Positions 36,108 to 48,515 of a DNA stretch of 64,000 nucleotides are shown here, piece after piece. The stretch covers positions 868,001-932,000 of the forward strand of contig JAKMXF010000033.1 in NCBI GenBank assembly GCA_024704765.1, read 5' to 3'. How positions within the stretch are numbered: the first letter of the stretch is position 1; every line of letters starts with the position of its first letter. The notes under the pieces were generated by a model, which was given only the letters and a program-made list of their open reading frames with translations, was not told where the DNA came from and made no database searches. Source of the DNA: Oopsacas minuta (lineage: Eukaryota; Animalia; Porifera). The position numbers were made by a program, and so were the translations under genes.

Positions 36108-37333
36108 GGATGATTGCTAATTTATTCCGTTCCAGGAGGTTTGTCCGTTGTAGAGGGATTGTTCGCATCTCGGAGTGTCCGTTTTGGGAGATTCCACTGT
36201 AGTATGCAAGAAAAAATATGTACGACGTGTGATACCATGTAACTATTGCCACATAGCTTTCAGATGCCTAACCATCTTGAAGAGTATCAGTAAATTCCAA
36301 TAAGATGTGAACTAGGATGTGCTATAGCTTACTATACACAAGGCCTCACAGTAACTTGGTCGCCGATTCCTGCAATAAAGATGCTACTTATAAAAGTGTT
36401 GAATCGGTGAATACATCCCTGGTCCTAAATTACAAGCTCTGTGAGACCATATGTATAGTTGGCTATGGATGTGCCATACGTGTGTCTCGAGGACATGGAG
36501 CGACACCTTGAGAAGAAGGTAGAGTTGTCCGTTCATAAAGTACAAGTGTAGAGTAGGACTGTTGTATGCTATTTCTATCACCATGTTATTCCAACTGTAA
36601 TATTTACTAGCTAGAAATCAGTAGAATGCTATCACTGGTATAACATATTTTAAGTCACACAACACATTTTGTATAATAACTAATAGATTAGTGTTAAAAC
36701 TGTGTTCAAAAAATATAATTGTTTGAAGTTAGCAGAGCAACAACTTCACACTTAACCACAAAATAATTATATTAATAATAATATATTAATCACTTCATTT
36801 GATATCACAATTTGGTTTGATATTCGAGATAACAAATTACAAAGATCTTAAATACTAGATTGGTGCCATATACGTATGTAACCAATTACTCTCATCTCTA
36901 GGAAGTTCTCACAATGTCATAAGTACAGTTATTAAATAGTGGAGACACCATTAGAGGCCCAGGCTCATGACCATCACTATGACTAGTGACCACTGTTCAC
37001 AGTGTTCGTAACATTAAGTAAGAAGCGAACATCAATACCCTAAAGCCCACCAGACACGATGCAACTTTGTTGTATGCAACAGTTGCATCGTGCATGGCGG
37101 GCTTTAAATCTTAGATAATGTATCTAAATTCCAACTCGGAGGCCACTCAATGGGTCAGATTGATCACCAATGGTGACCCCCTACTTAACAGCTGTACTTA
37201 TGATTTCGCGAGAATTTCCCATAGAAGATAGTAAATAGCTATATGGCATCAATCGAGTTTTTGTAATTTGTTATCGAGCAATATCAGACAACAGGTTAAC
37301 ATTAAAATATGCCTATAGTTATCACAGAAATTA

Positions 37334-38176
37334 TTAGTTATGTTTAGACTTTTTAACAAACTTATCAAAATGGAAGTCATCACTCGACTTATCTTGTCTA
37401 TGTCTTTTCTTTTCTACATCCTTACCTAGCACTACTTCTTGTATGTCAGGGAGGACTGTACTTCTGTTCTTTTCTCTACTCCCCCCCTCTCCCATCTGCT
37501 GATGCTCACTGAAGTTGGTTGCTAGGTTAGTTGGAATGAGAGAACTCTCTCCCTCCTCTTGTCTCAGCTGTTCTCTAACCAGCTGACGTACTGCTTCCTC
37601 TGTAGCTTGAATATTCCTGAACTTCTCATCCACACCCAAATCATACTCAGGTATACCAGACAGAATCTGGTTAGACAGCATTTCTTCAGAGCTTAACTTC
37701 TTACCAGATTGTAAACTCTCTGGTATAACATATAGCTCCTTCAGTTTATTCTCATAAGTGCTGCTAGTCTCTATAGGTGCATCGCACTTGTCTGAACTCC
37801 CAAACCGCTTGGACATCTCCTTGTCAATGTAATTGAGCATATTTATGTCTTCATCTCTCTGTTTAGTCTCAGCAGCAAAGTCACTTGACATTTTCTTGCT
37901 GATATTATCTCCTTCTATGAAATCACTCGTAAGATCACTAAGCTCTACCAGTCCCCCAGAGGAGAGCTTTAAGGTATCGCTTGGACCATTCTGCTGGAGA
38001 GGAACATTCACCTCTCCGAATGCTAGAGCTGTAGCATTGATTCCCTGAGGTCTGCTCCTGAGAGATTGCAACTTTCTACTCTCTTCTAGCTTACGATGAA
38101 TATTCGAGATATCTTCTCCATCATCTACTGTATTGTCAGTCTTTCTGATGTTCTTAGGACGAGTTCTCCTTTTCAT
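37334..38176 (-). CDS. C9orf78: Telomere length and silencing protein 1 homolog / C9orf78 (HCA59 family) splicing factor, single exon
   Basis: SEEMLSNQILSGIPEYDLGVDEKFRNIQATEEA, IPTNLATNF, and the C-terminal SSDDFHFDKFVKK. Confidence 0.9.
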   Translation of the reverse strand: MKRRTRPKNIRKTDNTVDDGEDISNIHRKLEESRKLQSLRSRPQGINATALAFGEVNVPLQQNGPSDTLKLSSGGLVELSDLTSDFIEGDNISKKMSSDFAAETKQRDEDINMLNYIDKEMSKRFGSSDKCDAPIETSSTYENKLKELYVIPESLQSGKKLSSEEMLSNQILSGIPEYDLGVDEKFRNIQATEEAVRQLVREQLRQEEGESSLIPTNLATNFSEHQQMGEGGSREKNRSTVLPDIQEVVLGKDVEKKRHRQDKSSDDFHFDKFVKKSKHN

Positions 38177-38369
38177 TTTACCTCATTATTGCAATTCAAC
38201 AAAGGAATTATCGAATTAATTAAGTCACTGAGAATACAAATACAAAAGTAAACTATTGCTACCAGGATAAATTAAAACACGTAACCATTTGAATAAAAAG
38301 ATAGAATTGACGGAAATAGATCAAAACAGGCATAAGTCCACCTCAAGTACTGAGGTTCTTGTGTGACAT

Positions 38370-39290
38370 AAAAGAACTCGAGGAGAGCATTGACCTTCTA
38401 GGAGAGATTACACAACACGTGATTAGTAGTAATCCATAACTACATAGCATTCCAACAGCCCTTTGTTGCTATTGGGAAAGAAGGATCAGCTCCTAGCGAG
38501 TTTAAAGGGCCTTGAGCAAGAGGTGTCAAAATTGAGCCAGAATCTGTACACATTTAAGTGGCAGAAAGGTACAACCGTGGTATCTAAATGTTTTCTCAGA
38601 CCGGAGACCAGCTCAACCAATTTGGTGATCAACACTTGAAGGAGCCATGGGTATTCTAATACATGAGGATAGCATTATGTTATGGACACAATCATAAGAT
38701 ATCACGCTATCCTCCTATTTAAGCTACCAGACCTAACAATGATAAAGCGAGTAGGTGAGGAAGGATCTGGTAGTAAAGAGTTCAATCATCCTAGACAAAC
38801 CCGACATCTCTCCTAATCAACACATCTATGTGTCAGATGATAATAACAGCAGAGACTCTAAATCCTGACAACTAATTTGGAATTCAAAGACTCGCTACGA
38901 CACCAAACTATGACCGAACCTGTTGATGTAAAATTCTCAAACAATGAAATGTTTGATGAGCAGAAAAGACAACTCTGTGTATTCACGTGTTACTCTCACA
39001 GGCGAGAAATCCCGCTTCTTAGTTACCAGAGGTTATGGAATGTAGTTGGAGAAGCAATAATTATTCTTCTGTTTAGATGAAAACAATAATATTCTCTGAG
39101 CGACTGGTCAGCTGACAAAATTAAAGTATTCTCACAAGAAAGAGACCTCCCATACATGATAGGACAGAGAGGACATGAAGCTGGAATGTTTGACTCCCAT
39201 ACGGCATTACAATACAAAACCCATTTGTGTTTCTGAAAACAATAATTTCTGTTCATTTCGAATTAACCATATTATCTTCATAAACTTTAA
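38370..39290 (+). pseudogene. Frameshifted NHL-repeat (TRIM-NHL-like beta-propeller) pseudogene
   Basis: Segments in shifting frames: ILLFKLPDLTMIKRVGEEGSGSKEFNHPRQ / DISPNQHIYVSDDNN / ILTTNLEFKDSLRHQTMTEPVDVKFSNNEMF / FCLDENNNIL / SDWSADKIKVFSQE…IGQRGHEAGMFD / CVSENNNF. Confidence 0.75.
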
Positions 39291-39309
39291 ATTCGCCATT
39301 AGCAAGCTA

Positions 39310-41388
39310 CAGTAAACATTGGATTTAACGACATCGGCTTTAACGACAAATCGCTTATAACGACTCATTTTGCTTGCCCAGAATCTCGCAGCATTATTCT
39401 GCACACACCATACCTCGGGTATAACGACCTGTCAGATAACGACACATTGAATTTAGCGACATATTTTCTATGCCTGCTCCATGCAAATCCAATTGGATAT
39501 TACGACTTTTGGGCTGTCTATACTGTGGACTTAAGAAAAGTGTACTAGTGAATTATTAAGGTTTTAATAATTGATTTAATTATAAAACAATTATAATCTC
39601 CTTTTGAATCAACAGCACCTGACTTCTTACGAAAACGCTTATTAAAAGCTATTGTACGTACAATGTAATGTTAAAATTTAATCGTCATGGATTCGAGCGG
39701 ACTTGGCAAAAGGAAGCGCTTTTCTTTTGCTGAAAAATACAAAATTTTGAAGGAGCTTGATGCAGGAGCTAAGCGACCATTCTTGGAGCAGAAACATGGC
39801 ATTTCACATGGGACCCTAGCCGGCTTCTTGAAAGATCGGGCGATGATTGAAACTTCCATCGCAAGTGCATCAAATCTTGTTTCGAAGAGCACAAAGCTGT
39901 CTCGATACCCGGAGATAGACACTGCACTGCTTGAGTGGTTTCGTTGTTTGAAGAGCACAGCTCCAGATGAGTCAGTCACCGGTCCCTTTCTTCTAGAAAA
40001 GTCGATATGCATCGCGGAGAAACTGAAAGTACGAAATGTGCCTGGCTACCTCGAACCTGTGTTCCTTGATCTGAACGGGATAGATCGTTGGAAGAAGCGC
40101 CATAACATCACCAGCCGTCAAATCTCGGGTGAGAGCCAATCAGCAGATCACGCTGGTGCTGACAACTGGATATCAACGCAGCTGAAACTGATCAGAGAAG
40201 AGTTTGAAGACAGGGATATTTTCAATGGTGATGAGACTGAGCTATTCTGGAAGATGACACCAGACAGAACTTTGTCTTTCCGAGGAGACTTGTGCAAAGG
40301 AGGCAAGCGCTCCAAGGAACGCCTCACTGTATTGGTAGCAGCTAGTGCGCTTGGGGAGAGGTTTCCGCTACTGGTTATTGGAAAGAGTAAGCGCCCCCAC
40401 TGTTTCTGAGGCGTCCTGAATCTTCCAGTGGAGTATGATGACAAGTGAGATTTTTGAGAAATGGCTAAGGAAGTTGAACAATTCTATGAGATTTGACGAC
40501 AGGAAAATCGCCAAGATTCTTGACAACTTCTCAGGTCATCCGAACCTTAACTTGTCCCATATCAAGCTTTTCTTTCTCCCACCCAACACAACGTCTATGA
40601 CTCAGCCCATGGACGCAGGTATAATCAAGAACCTCAAGCACCACTACCGCCGGTTTCTTGTTAGGAAGCGTTTATTGGCAGTTGATTCTGAAACGGGGTT
40701 TAAGCTTGACTTGCTCCAGGCCTTGGACTGGCTAAAAATGTCCTGGGATAATGTCACCCCCACAACCATCAAGCATTGCTATCAGCATGTTGGGTTCAAG
40801 GATTTACCTGCCACTGAAGAAACCTCAGCACCTGACACATCAATTTGGAGCAGTGCTGAAGAAGCAGGGCTTGTTTCGGATGGCTTATCATTTGAGGACT
40901 TTGTTGCTCTGGATGATGGTGTTGCAATTGGACCTGGTGAAATGGTCTCTAAATTGACGATATCCTTAATAGTCTGCACCCTCCAAGTGATGACGATGTT
41001 GATATCGAAAATGACGACAATGAATATCCCCTCAATATCCATGTTCCGTCATTCGACACTGTTGTCTCATGCCTTGACACCGTTATGAAGTTCTTGCGCA
41101 CCCTCCCATGCTCAGAGAAACAGATTCAGTCTGTCAGCGAACTTCAAAACTTCTTGGCTGAAAGTCAGCTGAGTCGATTGCAGTAGGCCTCAATAACTAG
41201 CTTTCCAAGTCAAACTAATCATATTCATGACATTATTATGACGTTAATACAACAACATAGTATACTACATCGTATAACACGAATAAATATGGGTGTCATC
41301 CGGTATATAATGCATATATAAAGCTTCCTCGGATATAGCGACCTTTTTTGCCTGCCCAAACAAGTGTCGTTAAATCCAATGTTTACTG
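39310..41388 (+). mobile_element. Tigger/pogo DNA transposon (2,079 bp) with disrupted transposase
   Basis: Perfect 24-bp TIRs cagtaaacattggatttaacgaca, with TA at 39308-09 and 41389-90. Confidence 0.93.
39687..41088 (+). pseudogene. Tigger transposase (CENP-B HTH + DDE_1, TIGD4/6-like), broken by a stop and frameshifts
   Basis: GIDRWKKRH, IFNGDETELFWK, GGKRSKERLTV, GKSKRPHCF* (TGA at 40407), then a short deletion and frame change to MTSEIF, LDNFSGH and FLPPNTTSMTQPMDAGIIKNLK. A further shift occurs near 40950, before the acidic tail. Confidence 0.88.
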
Positions 41389-41689
41389 TATATACATTTT
41401 GCAAAACACTAATAAATATGATTAAACAGGCCAATCTACGTGTCCACTCATCTTGTCGAAAGCCATACTGATGATGATATGATGTGTCAGCTCATTGATC
41501 CAAATGTTGTTGAGACAATAATAAATAGTCTGGAATGGAATGTTATTCTATAAATATCAGGATTATAGTGTAACTCTCTGTAAACAATTCAATACAAATC
41601 CCTCTTATAAATACTATTTTAAATCTTTACATTTCATAATAAAAAGGGAAAATGAAATTTTAATCAACAATATTCAATGGAAGAAAGTT

Positions 41690-42390
41690 AATCTAAAGGA
41701 TACATGTATGTTAAAGATAAAGACTCATGTGATTCTACTTACTGGCGCTGTGAGAAACGAGATTTATGCAATGGACGTGTAACAACAGGCAGAGTTAGCG
41801 GATGAATTAAAAATCCATCTTCCACTCACACTCATTCTTCTGATACTGAAGTGAAAAACTATTGGAGAGACATAATTATGATCTACTCCTACTGAGGAAC
41901 CTACATAATCGAGAATTCTACCAAATATATTTCGATTCCTGCAGCAGTCAAACTTCCGTCTAAAAACAGTTTGTCTAAAATCGTGCGGCGTAAGAGGAGA
42001 GCTCCAGATGATGATTTCTTTGAGCATACTACTAGAGGACAACAATTTTGATCTTTAATAACCCAGAATTGGATTTGATTGTGCTCAGCACCCAGGAAAA
42101 TATTCAAATATTAACCAGGTACCCAAACTGGGTCTGTGATGGTACCTTCGATTCGGCGCCCATGTAATATCAATTGTATACCATCCATGCTTTGCTTAAT
42201 GAAACCGTCACTATTCCATTGGTATTTTGAATTTCCAAATCTAAACTGAGGTAGTGTATAAGGAAATATTCTCAATTCTTAAGGAGAATTATCCGATGCT
42301 CAATCCAGCTACAATAATGTTTGATTTGAAAGAGCTGCATTAAATGCATTTGCACAGGTTTTTTTCCTAATGCGGAGATTAAAAGATTGG
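41690..42390 (+). pseudogene. Decayed MULE (Mutator-like) transposase with FLYWCH finger
   Basis: Fragments KGYMYVKDK…TYWRCEKRDLCNGR (FLYWCH), WVCDGTFDSAP…YQLYTIH and LNPATIMFD…AALNAF (MULE domain), with many stops and frameshifts. Confidence 0.72.
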
Positions 42391-42879
42391 CTAGCACCCC
42401 AATCTATATGTTCTGGGTTGCTATTGGTAGTATTGACTAGTCATTGGGTTCTGAATGTCACAGACAAATATACGTATTTTTAACAAATCTGTATTATTAT
42501 AGTGCAATTGTTGTCTGTCTCTTTGTTCGTTGTCAAGGAAAGGATTTTTAGTATGCTATATTGGAATTGAATTTCGCAATTCTGTATGTATAATTGTATA
42601 TCCAATGACGCGGCTATGAAGTGGCCTGTGGTCCTTGGCCTCCAAAATTTAATGGATTAACTTTGAAAAATAATACCTACTAGCACAGTTTGTCTGTCAA
42701 TTTAGTAATCACCCAAAGAGTGTGAAAATTCAATTCATACCCGAGGTGCAAATAATCTCCGACCAAAAATGCATATGTGTAAATGTGGTCCCAGCTATTC
42801 CTATTAGAATTAACCTGTGTATAATTGCCAATGAACCAAAGCAATACATTTGTAAGAGTAAAATAAATATAAATATCCA

Positions 42880-44505
42880 TTACTCTAAATGATATCGTTG
42901 ATAGAACTCTACAAATGGGCGACACTCAACAAAATGTGACATTACATACTGCACGCTTACGGCATCAAGTGTATCAGGCTCCCAGTCAAGTCTGGTATTA
43001 ATCTTATCTACCAACACACCCTTAACACCTACAAACACATCTCTGTTATTAAAATGGTTCACACAGAGATTACTCTCCATTCTTAGACATTCTTGTAAGG
43101 TCAGTTTAGCACCTAAGCTCAGGGCTCTGTGTGTTACCTTTAAGGCGGTAGGAGACATCTTGAGTAGTCTAGATTTAGTGTTCTTACTCCAGTCATCATC
43201 AAACTCACCCAGTTTATGTATCATATCTTCAATAGTAGGAGAGCTGAACACATAATCTATTTTAACCATATGACTATTAAAGCTTAGAGATTGTTTGTCA
43301 GATAAACATAATTGATGAACTACACTTTCCACTTCTTCACTGCTACCAATTGAACTAAGCTTATCTTCTAACAACTCAATATTCTTATTGGGAATAAAAT
43401 GAGTAGCTAAACCAGCAGCTAGCACATCTCTGCCTTTGAGTCTAGCTCCTGTAAGGCCTAGATACATGCCTAGATATCCAGGAAGTCTAGGAAGATAGAA
43501 AGTAGCTCCTACGTCAGGGAAGAACCCGATAGCTGTCTCAGGAAGAGAACACACTGTGGTATCAGATGTAATGCGGTATTCAGATTGATACGCTATGCCT
43601 ATCCCACCTCCCATTGTTATACCGGACCAGAAAGAGATACAGGAGGTACGTAGTAGAGATAAGAGATGAACTAAATGAATTTGTTTGGATGAATTGACTC
43701 AAATATAGTAAAGTGAAACTTGCATAAACTAACACTTCTATAATCCGGCTGAGTTTATGATCTGAAATAGCTTCCGACAACACAAATTCATCTACATAAT
43801 CCGACAATTACTAACAGCAAATTTTCAGTCCCAACGAGTGTCGGTTTATGCAGATTCCACTATATGAATAAGCACGTCACTCAATGAAATGAGAGTGAAG
43901 ATTATTAACTAATCATTTTCTTTGTCAAAGTCTTGCTATAAATGTCCACAAAATGGTTAATTCCTTTATATCAGCGGTTCCCGACTTTTTCACCCATGGA
44001 CTCCCAATACCAAATTTACACATTTTTTGGACCCCTATCATAGATAATGCAATAAGACATTTCGAGATCCTATGGACTACCAATGCAATGGGTTCATGTA
44101 GACTTAACACAAACGTACAAATCTACGTAATCATTAACTAATGTTACCTAAAGCATACTCCTTTGATATGTGCAATAAAGGCATGTTAGTTTCTAATATT
44201 CCTTCTTCTAATAATGCCTTCATATCCCCTCCTGCACAAAACACATCTCTCTCTCTACCTCTAATTAGTATACACTTTATGGTAGGGTCTCTCTCCCATT
44301 CAATTAATTGAGGAATTATAATGTCAAACATTTCTATATTTAGTGCATTCATTAGCTTAGGTCTGTATATGCTTAATATCCCACAAGATCCGATCTGTAC
44401 TCTTGAAACAACTGGGATAGTATTGTTTGTATTGTGGGGCTCTGATGTCATTAGTCTGATGTATGGGGTTAAAGATGAGACGCATCGTCTTAAACGAATT
44501 AACAT
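42880..44505 (-). CDS. HIBCH: 3-hydroxyisobutyryl-CoA hydrolase, mitochondrial; join(44505-44148, 43670-42880)
   Basis: NALN, FCAGGD, GITMGGG, LPETAIGFFPDVGA, LGLTGARLKG and KMSPTALKVT. The intron is GTaaca…tttAG, phase 1 on both sides. Confidence 0.9.
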
Positions 44506-45523
44506 TATTCCTAGCCAAATATTAAGTGTTGATATACTGATTTATGAGTAAATCATAGCATTTATTCTTATACGAAAGTATATATTACTTAATTTAACAT
44601 CGAGGATCCAACCCTCAAGGGAATGAAAATTCAGTTAATTAATTCAATTCCGAGACAAACTCACTTACATACAACCTTCAAGATCGTTATACACTTATAC
44701 TCAATTGAAATTAAAATCAACAGCAAAAAATAACAATTCATGGCAAAAACTGCTTAAAGTTTAATTCACAACATGGTTACATGATTATTCAATTGGAATT
44801 TTAAGAATTTTTGAAATTGGAACTATAGATGAATTATTTCCATCGAAATTAACCTGTGTTTGAGCCTAAGATCTGATAGGGCAGAATTTCTCAATTGGTA
44901 AACCCTCACTCAAATCTGATAGGTCAATTCATTTGACACCTAGCTCAGAGAGTTTATGAGATATCGCTAAAGAAATAGAAAATCAAGCTAGATTAATCAC
45001 AATCTATACACATGCCAATTTCAAGTTTGTAGCTCTTACCAATTCTTCAATCAACTTGAATAAAAACCATAAAAAAACCCGTCGAGATTTAATATATACG
45101 ATAAGATAGCTACACAAATAACAATATTCAACCATATTGACTGATGATAATGGCACTCGACATCGAGACAAGCAAAATAACCTGAAAGAAAATAATTTTA
45201 AAATTGCACTAAATAATATGATTAAGAAAGCAAAATGCAATAAGGTTATTATATTTAAATAGAATTATGCAGAAATAAGCGAGTGCAATGGGGCAAAAAA
45301 CCACGATTTCGTCTGTATATTCATTATATCTATGATCTATGAGGTTTAGCATGTATAATTATCAAGACCTTGATAAATACATTCAAGAGTTATTAGAACT
45401 ATTTCATGACATCCTTAAGTTTCATAGGAAACATAAACTAATTTCTTATTACAACTAAGAGGTAAACTAAATGTCTAGTAATACTACGCTAATGGAAATA
45501 AGTAACCTATCAAACTATTCAGT

Positions 45524-46018
45524 CTATAATTGTCCACAATCAGCGATCAACACAGGTTTAGAAGTTTTTCCAGACTCACTTCCAACTTTCTCCATCTTCT
45601 TTAAGACTTCAAGCCCATCGATAACGTTCCCAAAGACAACATGTTTTCCATTCAACCAGCTAGTCTTATCGAGGGTTAGGAAGAACTGAGATCCGTTTGT
45701 GTTGACACCTGAGTTAGCCATGCTTAAGTCTCCAGCACCTAAATGTTTGAGAGTGAAGTTTTCATCCTTGAACTTCTCACCATAAATACTTTTCCCACCA
45801 GTTCCATCTCCATTAGTAAAATCACCTCCCTGACACATGAAATTGGGTATGATACGATGGAACTTTGATCCTTTGTAGCCAAATCCTTTCTCTCCTGTGC
45901 ATAGAGCACGAAAATTCTCAGCTGTTTTTGGTACTACATCATCTCGTAATAGTATGGTGATCCTTTCAGCTTTTAGGCCACCAATTGCTATGTCCATGAA
46001 GCATTTTATACTGCCCAT
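45524..46018 (-). CDS. PPIA: Cyclophilin A-type peptidyl-prolyl cis-trans isomerase, single exon
   Basis: [53 protein letters not shown] and [10 protein letters not shown]. Confidence 0.95.
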   Translation of the reverse strand: MGSIKCFMDIAIGGLKAERITILLRDDVVPKTAENFRALCTGEKGFGYKGSKFHRIIPNFMCQGGDFTNGDGTGGKSIYGEKFKDENFTLKHLGAGDLSMANSGVNTNGSQFFLTLDKTSWLNGKHVVFGNVIDGLEVLKKMEKVGSESGKTSKPVLIADCGQL

Positions 46019-46111
46019 TACAACGCTAACAATATTGAAAATCTATAAATACATAGGAGGCGCTGCATAAAGTCAAACTATGGTGTTGGCATTAGGTCGA
46101 ATTTATAATGT

Positions 46112-46405
46112 ATGCATTAGGTCGAATTTTGATGTTGTCGATAGATCGATATAGGAAAAATGGGTTTATAGAAACGAGGGCGTAATAGGACTTTTTATTG
46201 TATTAATTATAAACCGATACCATTGGGTGGGAAAGTTTGCAATATGGCGGGTCGTTGGGTTTTGGTTTTAAAACGTTTGTGCAGTTTTTTAGAAATTTAA
46301 GGAAGCATTCAGTGTTTATAAAATAAGAAATGGCCTTAAAAAAGAGATATTTATAGCTAAAATAATTTTGATCTAACGACAACATCAAAATTCGACCTAA
46401 TGCAT
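46112..46405. mobile_element. MITE-like inverted repeat immediately upstream of the cyclophilin gene
   Basis: atgcattaggtcgaattttgatgttgtcgatagatc / gatctaacgacaacatcaaaattcgacctaatgcat (~36-bp IR). No TSD established. Confidence 0.6.
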
Positions 46406-46747
46406 GCGCCCCAATACATATTATTAATTAAGACAGGTATCGGATTACGGAGATTCCACTGTAATATGAAATATCGATTTGGATTTGAATTGGCGAATGT
46501 ATATGTATAACGGTTTGTGGTTACTAAGAAATGTATAATAATTGAAGTATACAACCTTGGGTGCCTCGGTTAAGGGAGATACCAAGTGCCTGGATCTTCG
46601 GGATCTCAGAGTTTCAACTTTATAATTGATAGATATGAAAGTATAAACATTTAGAAGTAATATTGAAGTGTACGTAATTGATATATCCACTATATTCATC
46701 TATGACTATTATCAAGTGATTAGTGCATGTATCTGCTTGTATATCGT

Positions 46748-47464
46748 CTAAACAGGTACAATGCTAGTCTTTCCTTCCTCTGTGAATAGTTGTAAAAGTG
46801 ATCCGTTCCCTGGCTTCTCAGCTCCATCCAATATCTTCTCCAAATACTCAGCTATGAATAACAGAGGTGTCCATGTTGAAGTATCCGCACCAGACATAGC
46901 TTTACGGTTACCAGGAGTATCAAGCGTAACAGGTAGGATAGCAAATACCAGAGCTTTATCAGGCAGTCCTGTGTCTCCGCTAGAGAGACTGGCAACTAGC
47001 TGATGCACTGCAGCTTTAGCCAGACCGTATCCCATCATAAACGCAGTACCTTTGGTTGCAGGTTGTGCACCTGTTAGCTGCACTACTCCTCCCACTTTCA
47101 GGAACTTAGAAGCTATTCTAGCAGCTATCACACTAGACCACACGCTCTGCTTCACCATTAGATCCGCATTCTTCACCATATCGTGTGATGCAGCATTTCC
47201 TCCTGCCCAACCACCTGCTACACAGAATATTGCCTCTAACTTAGAGTCTCCGCATGCATCAGCAACTCCTTTCAAAGCTTCAGTCTCTTGCTCTACCCAG
47301 CTATCTGTTTGTTTCAAAGTTATGTTCTTATCTGCTTCTGTATTCTCAAACAAGTCAACTGATATCACAGAGAATTGTTTAGATTTGAAGTAGGTAACAA
47401 GACAAGAGCCTAGTGCTCCTTTACCACCATATATCAAGATGAGTTTGTTATCAGCTGTAGCCAT
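46748..47464 (-). CDS. QDPR: Dihydropteridine reductase, single exon, 238 aa (ATG at 47464; track start 47521 is TTG)
   Basis: IYGGKGALGS, FCVAGGWAGGNA, KQSVWSS, YGLAKAAVHQL, ILPVTLDTPGNRK and WTPL. Confidence 0.95.
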   Translation of the reverse strand: MATADNKLILIYGGKGALGSCLVTYFKSKQFSVISVDLFENTEADKNITLKQTDSWVEQETEALKGVADACGDSKLEAIFCVAGGWAGGNAASHDMVKNADLMVKQSVWSSVIAARIASKFLKVGGVVQLTGAQPATKGTAFMMGYGLAKAAVHQLVASLSSGDTGLPDKALVFAILPVTLDTPGNRKAMSGADTSTWTPLLFIAEYLEKILDGAEKPGNGSLLQLFTEEGKTSIVPV

Positions 47465-48008
47465 ACTTAAGTAATACAATACAGTCAAATAGTATATCAC
47501 GCCACCAAAGGCACTGACCAAAAGTGGCTGTTATGTACAGGTGGTCACTATAAAGAGGTCGATTTCTATTGAAATAATCCCACGGGACTTTAGTTGGCGG
47601 TAATGTGCAGGCATAGCTTATTACAGGTGACCGTTATACATGTCCATTGTAATAATAATAAATAAAAATTATAACTTTACAAGAATTGAGATCCAAAGCA
47701 GTTCAAGATTTTCCAAAATGTAAAGAATTCTTAAGACCGTTAATTTCGTGTATATACGTACGTTGGACAACGAACTGTTCCAATTAGTGAGGGTCTAATG
47801 TAGTGTTCCCAACCTTTTTGTTCCATGGCCCCCTATTCTATATTTTCTCTGGACCCATAGGGGGGCCGTGGATCCCAGCCTGGAACACTAGAATATATAT
47901 AATATAGATAGCAATGTATATGCACGGATATATAAAAGGTCAGTACAATAATTAAAAGAAGTGATATAATACTTGTTATATATATCAATGTACATACGTA
48001 AATAAATA

Positions 48009-48515
48009 TCAAAAGTCTACTTCATCTCCAGAATCCCAACCACTTTCCAATTTAACTCCCTTCTCAAAATCCATATCTATGTCATATTCGTAATCTTTAT
48101 CGTTCTGACTTATCTTATTTTTCTCAAACAATATGTTCATCTTTTCTTTTTGTCTCTTCAAATCTAAATCATCAAGTAAATTTAAATCAAAATCAGGTGT
48201 ATCTTCTACAATATATGTAGGAGTAGGAGTAGATGTTCTAGGAACTTCTGGTAGTCTTCTAGGTTTGTCATCTGCTAGTTCTCGTATAACCTTACCCACC
48301 AATCTTTGTATCTGAATACGAGATATTCTACTCAAGTAAATAGAATGTCTAGGATTGTCGTAAAGATTCTCAACTACTTCTTCTGCATCAGAGCTGTAAG
48401 TGAGTTTTTTAAGAGGGATAGATCTCCTCTTTATCTTCTCCATTTTGTGGTCTTCATATATAAGCACCAGTGTAGGAGGGGTGTACTTTATTCCACATTT
48501 CTTTGGTGAGTACAT
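48009..48515 (-). CDS. CEP19: Centrosomal protein of 19 kDa
   Basis: KKCGIKYTPPTLVLIYE…RRSIPL N-terminus and DLNLLDDLDLKRQKEKMNILFEKN…YEYDIDMDF…SGWD…DF C-terminus. Confidence 0.88.
   Translation of the reverse strand: MYSPKKCGIKYTPPTLVLIYEDHKMEKIKRRSIPLKKLTYSSDAEEVVENLYDNPRHSIYLSRISRIQIQRLVGKVIRELADDKPRRLPEVPRTSTPTPTYIVEDTPDFDLNLLDDLDLKRQKEKMNILFEKNKISQNDKDYEYDIDMDFEKGVKLESGWDSGDEVDF

Larger units (their letters stand above)
32690..36560 (+). pseudogene. Decayed third TRAF-like copy, interrupted by the RAG1-like transposon
   Basis: The 5' part (ggttataagagagatatttt; cattgtaaggggatcatgatagaagcttg) matches copy 1 at ~28411-28506. The 3' part (tgtacgacgtgtgataccatgtaactattgc; gtgtgtctcgaggacatggagcgacacctt-gagaagaaggtagag-tgtccgttcataaagtacaagtgt) matches copy 2 at ~30717 and 31185-31280. 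Multiple stops and frameshifts; borders approximate. Confidence 0.75.

Noticed and set aside
40407-40409. In-frame TGA in the Tigger transposase as selenocysteine or programmed readthrough
   Set aside because: It is followed by a deletion and a frame change, with a second frameshift later. This is ordinary decay.
47801-47890. Possible hAT MITE (tagtgttccca…tggaacacta)
   Set aside because: The TIRs are short and imperfect and the 8-bp flanks do not match, so it is not listed as a supported feature.
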